From Bdellovibrio sp. (lineage in GTDB: Bacteria > Bdellovibrionota > Bdellovibrionia > Bdellovibrionales > Bdellovibrionaceae), in assembly GCA_046318155.1 (NCBI GenBank), contig JBKCUU010000062.1:1-34594 (forward strand): a stretch of 34,594 nucleotides of DNA, in the 5' to 3' direction. The notes below the pieces were generated by a model, which was not told the origin of the DNA, did not search any database, and worked only from the letters and a program-made list of their open reading frames with translations. Of the stretch, positions 1 through 7,672 are shown piece by piece; positions within the stretch are counted from its first letter, which is position 1, and each line of letters begins with the position of its first letter. Both the position numbers and the translations under genes were made by a program.

Positions 1-10
1 GGGGTGGAAG

Positions 11-529
11 TTGAAGTGCCTGGCGACCTTGTTCATGATGTTACTTTGCATGGAGGCACGCGCCGCAACAGTTGAAATCAACTGGCAACGACGCGGACTT
101 GATGCTGTTCCTCAAACTTATCAGACGCAGACCAAGAATCGGCATTTGGTGGGAACGACGCAAGTGCACAGTTCATTCGATCAGCTGCCGGTTCTAGGGA
201 GTCCACAAGTTCGATTCCAGGTTGAGCCCGGGGTTGGAACCTCTGTTGTCGTCGTCCTACAAAACACCGGAAAAAAAAATCTCTATTTTCATGTGGCCCC
301 TCACCAAATCGATCCACCAACCGAGTCCACCGGATTTTATTTCGAATGTTTGTGCAACAGCCGAATCTACGCGGTCAAACCTGGAGAGTACTGGAGTCGC
401 GTGCTTCGGATGAATGTTAACCGAGAACATTCAAAAAAAAATTTTAAGGTCTCTCACATGTTTATTGGGGTGTCTGAAGAAGACGCGTTATCTAAATACA
501 AACATCGAATTTTTTGGTCGGATCAATGA
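11..529 (+). CDS. Exported hypothetical protein with VAPH...CLC motif (Cox11/CtaG-like putative metal-binding fold), paralogue 1
   Basis: Signal peptide ending ARA-A; motif FHVAPH-x-FECLC-x-WSRV aligns without gaps to the next ORF; the CxC resembles the Cox11 CFC copper site (recall, unverified). TTG start is uncertain. Confidence 0.6.
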   Translation: MKCLATLFMMLLCMEARAATVEINWQRRGLDAVPQTYQTQTKNRHLVGTTQVHSSFDQLPVLGSPQVRFQVEPGVGTSVVVVLQNTGKKNLYFHVAPHQIDPPTESTGFYFECLCNSRIYAVKPGEYWSRVLRMNVNREHSKKNFKVSHMFIGVSEEDALSKYKHRIFWSDQ

Positions 530-1008
530 TGAAATTGGGCTTGGTTTTGCTGTGCTTGCTTTACTCTTTACCGGCGATGCCAGCAGCCAAAAAGGTTCTT
601 GTTCATTTTGACTGGCCGGGGGCTCAATCAGCGGGCCTCGAGCTAAGCCTGTTTCAGGCCAAAACGGGCTCCCGGGTGGACGTTGGCTCGATGGGAAAGC
701 TGACATTTGATGTAAGTACAAGAATCGGTGCAAAAGTCGAGGAACCTCTCACCATAACGCCAGGAATGGGGCAGTCGCTCTACCTGGTTGTCGAGAACAA
801 AACGGACGCCCCAATTCGCTTTGGGGTGGCTCCGCACGGCTCGACTCCTGCCGAGGCGACCATTGACATCAACTTCAGATGTCTTTGCTATGGTCACACC
901 TATACTGTTGAGGCAAGATCAAAATGGTACCGAGTCATTGCACTTCGAGTCGACCGACAAACTCAAATCAAGAATCTCCGCTTAAAACATGAGGTCTACC
1001 GGCGATGA
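526..1008 (+). CDS. Exported hypothetical protein with VAPH...CLC motif, paralogue 2
   Basis: ATG 526 overlaps the upstream stop (ATGA); signal peptide; FGVAPH-x-FRCLC-x-WYRV. Confidence 0.65.
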   Translation: MMKLGLVLLCLLYSLPAMPAAKKVLVHFDWPGAQSAGLELSLFQAKTGSRVDVGSMGKLTFDVSTRIGAKVEEPLTITPGMGQSLYLVVENKTDAPIRFGVAPHGSTPAEATIDINFRCLCYGHTYTVEARSKWYRVIALRVDRQTQIKNLRLKHEVYRR

Positions 1009-1499
1009 GAGCTTCAAAAACCTACACAGTGCGGCTGATTCTCTTGTTGGTTTTGGTTTTAGGGGCAACTTTGTTTCGTGCGTCAAGGCATCAATCTTGG
1101 TTTGCCAAGAAGCCGTTAGACTTGGCGCTCGCAAGATCCTTTTCGCTTTACCTGAATCCGTTTCGCCAATCGATTGAGAAAGTCGGCGAAAACTACCGCA
1201 CAGAAATCGGCTGTCACAACAACGAAGGGAATTTTGTTTGGAACGGGCTCTCGGCCAACCTCCTTGGTCAGATGAATGGCTCCCATAATTTTGTGATTAT
1301 TCCGTATTCGATTCTCTCTGGGGCCTACAATATTCAGACCTTTGCTCTGAGAAAAAAGTGGACCACGGAGCTTTTTTGTCGACAGAATTTGATCCTGAGC
1401 CAGCCGCCGTGTGCGACCGGAACTCGATTTGTGTCGCTTCGAATTCGAGACATCTCAGGGAATATCACAAGCGAGGATTCGTATGCCTGCTTCAAATAA
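1005..1499 (+). CDS. Membrane-anchored hypothetical protein with 4 Cys; likely partner of the HTTM protein
   Basis: ATGA overlap with the upstream gene; N-terminal hydrophobic helix LILLLVLVLGATLF; Cys in GCH, FCR, PCA and ACF. Confidence 0.6.
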   Translation: MRASKTYTVRLILLLVLVLGATLFRASRHQSWFAKKPLDLALARSFSLYLNPFRQSIEKVGENYRTEIGCHNNEGNFVWNGLSANLLGQMNGSHNFVIIPYSILSGAYNIQTFALRKKWTTELFCRQNLILSQPPCATGTRFVSLRIRDISGNITSEDSYACFK

Positions 1500-2253
1500 T
1501 ATAAAACTCCTGGCGACGGCTATTTGCGACCACTGGCCTAGAATCGTCTCTCTTTACTTTGGGGCCTACTTTTTCGTCGAAGCCCCGTATTTTTTTCTGA
1601 CCGAAATCTCGCCTTTGTTAACTGTGATGTCAGTTTTTCAAATCCTGGGTGTTGTCTTTCTTTGGGGAAAGAAATCGCGACTACTCATTGCCGGTTTTCT
1701 TCTTCTTTTGGCCTCGCAGACTCTTTATTGTTTTGCCGTCCCCGGAGTCATTCCTCCGCATATTCCGGTTGTGAACTTTTTTTTACTCGCGGCTGCCCTG
1801 GCCCGAATCGAGAACCCGCAACTCGCACGACTTCCGGCCGACTTGCTCTTTTTCTTGTTCGTCGTGATCGGACTTTCGCATTTAACTTCGGGCTTGACCA
1901 AGTTTTGGTACTTTGATGACGCTTGGGTGAACGGCCTGGCCCTTAAGAACATATTAGAAACATCCGCCTTTGCGAGGGAACCATTTGCCTCTGCCGCCGC
2001 CAGTTTTCTGCCGCAACCAGTGCTTAAACTTCTCTCCCATGGAGCCGTCGCGGCCGAACTGTCGGGCGGTCTCATGTTTTTTGCCGGACGTGCCAGATTC
2101 TACTCGCTTGTTGCGCTCATTTTTCTCCACGCCGGAGCTGTTCTCTTTTTGGCCCTTGCGCAAGTGAGCTGGGGAGTCATTATTTGCTTAGTTTGGCTTT
2201 GGGCGAATTGCATTCTCGGCCCAGAAGCTGACGTGGCAAAGGCACCTAAATGA
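1483..2253 (+). CDS. HTTM-domain / vitamin K-dependent gamma-carboxylase-like (SdpB-like) polytopic membrane protein
   Basis: Many TM segments; SGLTKF-x4-DAWVNG matches the HTTM G-x-x-K...W-x-x-G motif, with downstream E (AAEL) and H (FLHAG); start chosen at ATG 1483 after GAGGA. Confidence 0.7.
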   Translation: MPASNNIKLLATAICDHWPRIVSLYFGAYFFVEAPYFFLTEISPLLTVMSVFQILGVVFLWGKKSRLLIAGFLLLLASQTLYCFAVPGVIPPHIPVVNFFLLAAALARIENPQLARLPADLLFFLFVVIGLSHLTSGLTKFWYFDDAWVNGLALKNILETSAFAREPFASAAASFLPQPVLKLLSHGAVAAELSGGLMFFAGRARFYSLVALIFLHAGAVLFLALAQVSWGVIICLVWLWANCILGPEADVAKAPK

Positions 2254-3863
2254 AGAAAGAGGAGAGGGGTTCTCAGACAAGCCTTTTAAAATCTTTTGGT
2301 GCCGTTCTGCTCCTCCTCCTCGGAGTGGGCTACTGGAACAAGTCAAGAGATCCTGAGCTAGCACCAGAAACTAAGGTCGCCTTGGTCGGTCAAGCACAAG
2401 CACCCGCGTCTGAACCCGTGTTAGTCACCGAGCCTGCCAAGGACCCAACGCAGAAGATCTTTGAAAGTCGACCGCTGATTTCTGCCGAGCCGGATGAGGT
2501 CGCCAGCGACCGTCGCCAGTTTTTTTGGTGTGACTATCACAAGGGTAAGACTGCGTATTTGCCTGAGTCTTTATTGAAGAAGATGATGCGGAACAAGCGG
2601 GTTGTTCTGCTAAGCTCGGCTCAAGATTTTCAGTGCTTGAGTGCGGAGCGCGAGTATTCTTTTGTGTTTAGCCAAACGGGACCTGAAGGTCGCCAGTTTC
2701 TTCATCATCTTGCGCGAAAAAAATTTCGAATCGTGTCCAAGGAGAATTTGGACGGACTCGAAGCAGTTTCTCGAGCGCGGGCTCGTTACCCTAGCTTGCA
2801 AAAGACGACAATGGCGGAGCTGACCTCCGAAGCAAGTCTCATTTTTCCTTCATTCCTGAGCCATTCCCAATTGATGTTCCTCGAAGTTGAGCGCGTCGAA
2901 ACTCCGGCAGACCCTGTTAATTTTGGGTCCGCGATGCGGCACCCGTTAGTCCGAGTCCTGAACAAAAAAAAGCAATTGAAGAAAGAAAATTCGGGTTCCA
3001 TTGTCATTCGAATTCTTCCTGGAGTCGTCACTGACGAAAAAAAACGCGTCTGGACGTCAAAAACGGCGCTCAGAGACTCAATCGTGACACCCTCTGCTGC
3101 TCTTGTTGGTGACTACCGAGAGCTCCTGCAGAAGATGGACAAGGACAAAAGAGTCGTTTTCGTCGCCAGTCATCCGGGTGACTATTCATCGCAAAATCTA
3201 GCGAATCTCGCGGTTGAAATGGGCTTCAAGAAAGTTTCATATTATCGACCGGGTCAAGCTCGTCTTGATGGACAAGCTTGGTCGATCAACTCAGATCCCC
3301 GGATCAAACTTTTGAAGTGGAGCGATTATAAAGAACTCAAGTCCTCTGCCCAAAAAAAACAAACGGATATCCGGTTGCTAGATGTGCGTTCAGCTGAGCG
3401 TCGCAAGCTCCTTGCCATCGCGGATGTCACGGGGTTGACAAACGGTCTCTTTGATCGGTCACCGTCAACAAAATGGATCTTAGTGGGCCTTAATTCTTAC
3501 GACCGTGATTTGAAAAGCTTCTTGGATTCACGGTCCTTCAGCCAGCATCGAAGCCGCGTTCTTGGCACTCTCTCGGGGGGGCTGGAGCAGCTGCAATATC
3601 AAATGGCCTGGAACAAAGTTCTCTTACCTCAGCAAAGATTGATGGGCGACTTGGTCCCCAAAAAACTCATTGGCGAAGGGGCATTTCAAAAAAATCTGCG
3701 ATTGGGATTCGTCAATCGCTCTCCAGTGATCGATAAAAAAGATCGTAAAGTCATCATTAAGAAGGCGCGCCCTCGACTGAATCGAGAGACGCGTGACCGT
3801 AATAGTTCGAGCCTGTATACTCAACCTCTTCCTGCCGAGTCAGGTCGGCCCGAGGAACCTTGA
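2250..3863 (+). CDS. Membrane-anchored protein with degenerate rhodanese-like repeats
   Basis: N-terminal TM helix; rhodanese-like segments VVFVASHPG...SQNLANLAVEMGFKKVSYYRPG and LLDVRS...LSGGL; no Cys in the presumed active-site loops; ATGA overlap. Confidence 0.55.
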   Translation: MKKEERGSQTSLLKSFGAVLLLLLGVGYWNKSRDPELAPETKVALVGQAQAPASEPVLVTEPAKDPTQKIFESRPLISAEPDEVASDRRQFFWCDYHKGKTAYLPESLLKKMMRNKRVVLLSSAQDFQCLSAEREYSFVFSQTGPEGRQFLHHLARKKFRIVSKENLDGLEAVSRARARYPSLQKTTMAELTSEASLIFPSFLSHSQLMFLEVERVETPADPVNFGSAMRHPLVRVLNKKKQLKKENSGSIVIRILPGVVTDEKKRVWTSKTALRDSIVTPSAALVGDYRELLQKMDKDKRVVFVASHPGDYSSQNLANLAVEMGFKKVSYYRPGQARLDGQAWSINSDPRIKLLKWSDYKELKSSAQKKQTDIRLLDVRSAERRKLLAIADVTGLTNGLFDRSPSTKWILVGLNSYDRDLKSFLDSRSFSQHRSRVLGTLSGGLEQLQYQMAWNKVLLPQQRLMGDLVPKKLIGEGAFQKNLRLGFVNRSPVIDKKDRKVIIKKARPRLNRETRDRNSSSLYTQPLPAESGRPEEP

Positions 3864-6800
3864 GCTCTATCCATCTTGGGGCCACGAGGACTGAGTTTGT
3901 TTCGCAGAAGTCTTTGCTCTTGATTTCGCTGTGTCGTGGCGTCGCGGTGGGTTTTGCACTTTTTTTGTTTGAGCTTCTTCGAGCCGCAGTTTCTTTTCAG
4001 CGCTCAGGTCAACGTTTTCGAAATCTGGATTTTATTGATTCGGGCCTCTTAAGTTATGTGGCGTTTTTCGGGCTTCGGGTTCTCGTTCTGTACCTGATTT
4101 TGGGCCTGGGGCTTGGTGTCGCGCTCTGGTTAATGAAAACTCAAAGACGATGGTGGCTTTGGTGCCTGACCTTCTTTGTGAGTCTTTCGGTTTGGATGTT
4201 TGTTCAAGACCCCGTGATTTTCGATGATTGGGCGTGGTCCTATCCTCTTCAAAGGCGAGCCGCCCCATTCATGAATATTTACACCGCGTGGGTTCCGCTT
4301 GCGGCCTTTTTCTCGATCTCGACAGTCCAAATTTTTCGCGTTCGGACATCAATCATCGCTCGTGGATCTTGGGTCCTGGTGTGGATTTTGTTTGCATGGA
4401 GTTTAGCTGGTTACATGTGGACTAAAGAAGCTCAGAGTCCAGTGACAATGGCGCCATCGGGAGATCCTAAAAAGCCGCACCAGCTCTTTTTTTTAATGGA
4501 CTCTCTCAGTCCGCGTTACCTCGAAAAACAGCAGAAGCAGATGGGTCCAGGGTTGAAGCAATTTCTTAAGAAGTCTGTTGAGTTTAGTCATGTCGTGACT
4601 CCACTCGCACAAACCCACGCATCTTTAAGCGCCGTGTTTAGCGGTCTTTACCCACCGCACTCTGGAATTCGAAGCAATCTCCCTCCCGAAATTCTCGATC
4701 GTGATTTTTTGCCACCCCGGTCTTTGCTCAAAGTGTACCATGAACAAGGCTATGAGATCCGCTACTTGATTGACGTGATGGAATACACTTACCTCATGGA
4801 TTCTGATGTTTGGGGACGAGTGGATGCGCCAGAAGCGGGTGCCTCTGCCATTCTGATGAGCCTTGTCTTTAAAGGTTATTGGTTATGGCCCTTCTTTAAG
4901 AACCCTCTAGGGACATCAATCCTTCCTGATCTTTTTTCGAATTCTGCGTTTCGGGCGGGTTACCAGACAAGCGACTTTACAAAGAAAGTTCTGCGCGAAG
5001 TGCAAGGTCTGCGGCCCGAACGGCCCACGGTCCTTATCATTCATCAATGTGGCTTGCATTGGCCTGGTCATTTGCCGTATCCGTACTACATTAAGAACAA
5101 AATTCCAAAAGACGCGCTGTCCCCCTTCAGCTACACCGAAAAAACGGGCGCGTTCCGATCAAAAATTGAAGAACATGAGTGGGGCTTGCGCAGTTCTCAT
5201 AATAAAAAAATTTACGAACAGATGCTCAAGTTATCAATCGATCACTTTTTGAATCCGATTTTCAATTTGTGGTTGAGCTCGGGGCTGCGTGACACCTCGG
5301 TGGTTTCTCTTTTCTCTGATCACGGCGAAGACTTTTGGAGTGGGCAGAACCGGTACCCGAAATTCAAGTCTCCTCAGCACGGGGGGGCCCTCATCGGGGC
5401 CTCTCGTTCAGAGTTCGCCGTTTGGCGCTTTTTCCATCCCAAAGTGAATCCTACCGTTGTCGAAAAATTTGTGAGTCTCGTCGATGTTTTGCCGACACAT
5501 CTTGATTTTAGCGGCTTTTCAATTGAACGCCAAATCGACGGCAGAAGTCACCGCCATGATTTAGAAAACCAAAGCGGCAATCGCTCTGACCGCGCGGTCT
5601 ACAGCGAGACCGGTTTGTGGCCGATTCGCTTCTTTTCTGGTCAATTTCTGCCGAGTTCTAAGGGACTCTCTTTGTCGAGTTGGTACTCGTTCGATTCTAT
5701 GACGAACCTCATTTACCTTAAAAGAAAGCACGTGCCCGTGGTGACTTTACAAAAGCAGCGAGCGATTTATTTGGATGGCCTACGTTATACCGTTTACCCG
5801 TCCGAGACCGGTTATCTGGAACACCTTTGCAACCTTCAAGCTGACCCAGCCTGTCTCGTTAATCTCGCCAGACATCAGGAGAACAAGATGTCACTTTTTC
5901 GGCGTGAAATGCTGAAGTTCGCTGCCAACGATATCAAGAACGGCCTATTTCCGCTTTTTCAACAAAGCTTGAATGAAAAGTCGTTTGTTCTTTTCGATAA
6001 CAATCGGATTTGGTCTCAGAACCTCAATCGCCCTCATCACTCATGGGCCTTGGCGATGGCTGCGACTCATGACTTGCATCGGTTTCGCGATTACCGGAAC
6101 TTTATTGAAAGCTTAAATGCTTTCTTACAGCAAGCTGAAATTGAGGACGATGCTCGAGACTATTTTTTACGCCTGGCGGGTATGGCCTGCCAGAATCGCC
6201 TCTTGTTCCCGGTCGGCGAGAGCCCAGGCAGCTTAAAGACCTTGCTTCGTCTTGTGCAGTCCACCGTCGCGATGTCTAACTCTGCCATTGGTGGCTTGGT
6301 TGCGCCATGTGAACCACAAGCCGCGCGCAGGCAGCCCGCTTTTTTTCGAACGAGCCAGTCGAAAGAGGCTCTCGACGTTATGCCCCCATTTCAATCGGTG
6401 CAGCTGTGGTCCGCGCTTGAGGAGGGAGAGCTTTCCTTTCTGGCGCCCTCACTTGATTTGATTGTCTCGGAGCTCCTCGACCGCCCAGACGCATCGATTG
6501 ATCAGAAACTTGATCAGCTCGAACAGGCGTTCGCTCAAGAGTTGTCGGCTCGTTGGTCACGACCAAGTGAGTATTACTTCCGCTTGCGCTGGGGTTTGCT
6601 CGCCCATCAAGTCGGCGGCGAGTTCCGGATTTTGCGCGAGGCTGCGGACATCATCAAAGAGCCTGGCTACAGTTTTACGTTCGTTAGCGAGGTCTTGGCG
6701 CTCTCGGACCACATTTTTGGCCCAGCAGGAAAAAGGCTGGCTGCCGTCAAGAGTCAGATCTGGGGGATGCCTCCGGGCCGACACGATGTTCGCGCTATCG

Positions 6801-6907
6801 AGTATTCCGAATTCTTGAAGAAGGCGGTGCACTGGAGTTGCCTGAGATCGAAAATCGAGTGCAGGTCTTGGCTGGCGGCCCAACGCAAGAATCAGATGCT
6901 ACGCTAG
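3860..6907 (+). CDS. Membrane-anchored sulfatase/alkaline-phosphatase-superfamily hydrolase or transferase with C-terminal extension
   Basis: About 5 N-terminal TM helices; motifs MDSL, TPLAQTHASLSAVFSGLYPPHSGIRSN, LHWP, FSDHGE, QHG, VSLVDVLPT; TTGA overlap with the upstream stop. Confidence 0.85.
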   Translation: MSSIHLGATRTEFVSQKSLLLISLCRGVAVGFALFLFELLRAAVSFQRSGQRFRNLDFIDSGLLSYVAFFGLRVLVLYLILGLGLGVALWLMKTQRRWWLWCLTFFVSLSVWMFVQDPVIFDDWAWSYPLQRRAAPFMNIYTAWVPLAAFFSISTVQIFRVRTSIIARGSWVLVWILFAWSLAGYMWTKEAQSPVTMAPSGDPKKPHQLFFLMDSLSPRYLEKQQKQMGPGLKQFLKKSVEFSHVVTPLAQTHASLSAVFSGLYPPHSGIRSNLPPEILDRDFLPPRSLLKVYHEQGYEIRYLIDVMEYTYLMDSDVWGRVDAPEAGASAILMSLVFKGYWLWPFFKNPLGTSILPDLFSNSAFRAGYQTSDFTKKVLREVQGLRPERPTVLIIHQCGLHWPGHLPYPYYIKNKIPKDALSPFSYTEKTGAFRSKIEEHEWGLRSSHNKKIYEQMLKLSIDHFLNPIFNLWLSSGLRDTSVVSLFSDHGEDFWSGQNRYPKFKSPQHGGALIGASRSEFAVWRFFHPKVNPTVVEKFVSLVDVLPTHLDFSGFSIERQIDGRSHRHDLENQSGNRSDRAVYSETGLWPIRFFSGQFLPSSKGLSLSSWYSFDSMTNLIYLKRKHVPVVTLQKQRAIYLDGLRYTVYPSETGYLEHLCNLQADPACLVNLARHQENKMSLFRREMLKFAANDIKNGLFPLFQQSLNEKSFVLFDNNRIWSQNLNRPHHSWALAMAATHDLHRFRDYRNFIESLNAFLQQAEIEDDARDYFLRLAGMACQNRLLFPVGESPGSLKTLLRLVQSTVAMSNSAIGGLVAPCEPQAARRQPAFFRTSQSKEALDVMPPFQSVQLWSALEEGELSFLAPSLDLIVSELLDRPDASIDQKLDQLEQAFAQELSARWSRPSEYYFRLRWGLLAHQVGGEFRILREAADIIKEPGYSFTFVSEVLALSDHIFGPAGKRLAAVKSQIWGMPPGRHDVRAIEYSEFLKKAVHWSCLRSKIECRSWLAAQRKNQMLR

Positions 6908-7506
6908 AGCTTTCCTGAAGTGTCCCAGGGTGCAGCGAAAGAATCAAGATCCTCAAGTGCGCACCCAATCCCGCGCGCGTTTGCAAATCTGAATTTTCGC
7001 CCAGCTTCGATGTCCTCGATAAATTTTTCGGCAAAGTTCTGATTTTCGTCTGAGATCGAGCCGTGATAGCGAATCTCGCCGTCACGCTCGAGAACGACGA
7101 ATTCGGAGGCTGATCGCACTCGAAAACGTGCCGCTAAGTTTCCCCCGGAGTCAAAGTAGGTTGAACTCCCGAGACCCAGCTTCCGGAGCGTGCGTGCGGC
7201 TTCGAGCCGGGGTGTCTTTTGATCCGTGCTCACAAAGACAACTTTGTACTTTTGCTTTTGAAATCGTGGAATGAGGGTCAATACCTCTTTGAGGCAGTTC
7301 TTTGCGCAAGGACATCGGACGGACAGAAAAAAAACGGCGATACCAGCTTGGCCTTGAGTCGACTCGACGACGCGCGGCTGACCATCAAGGTCGAGCAGCG
7401 TTCCGAGTCTGACAACATCTTCCGAAGTCGTCGCGACGGCAACCCCCAGCAAAAAAGTCAGGGCAAGGAGAAGAAAAGTTAACCTTTGAGATGTCATCTG
7501 ATTCAT
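6904..7506 (-). CDS. Exported redoxin (AhpC/TSA, thioredoxin-like) protein
   Basis: Signal/TM segment; FLSVRCPC, LAARF, RYHGSI and C-terminal GIGC pattern of peroxiredoxin-like thioredoxin-fold proteins; stop shares CTAG with the sulfatase stop. Confidence 0.8.
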   Translation of the reverse strand: MNQMTSQRLTFLLLALTFLLGVAVATTSEDVVRLGTLLDLDGQPRVVESTQGQAGIAVFFLSVRCPCAKNCLKEVLTLIPRFQKQKYKVVFVSTDQKTPRLEAARTLRKLGLGSSTYFDSGGNLAARFRVRSASEFVVLERDGEIRYHGSISDENQNFAEKFIEDIEAGRKFRFANARGIGCALEDLDSFAAPWDTSGKL

Positions 7507-7672
7507 TTAGAACCTGTTCTTTCTATTGAACAAAGACAGACGAAACCGGAAATCAAAAAGCGCCAGGGTCTGTCTCATCTTAGTGCAAGACCGGTTCAAA
7601 ACGAGACAATTCTGCGAATCTTGAGTTTGGACCCTTCACTTTTCTGGACCTTTGTCCGATGACCTAAGAGGC

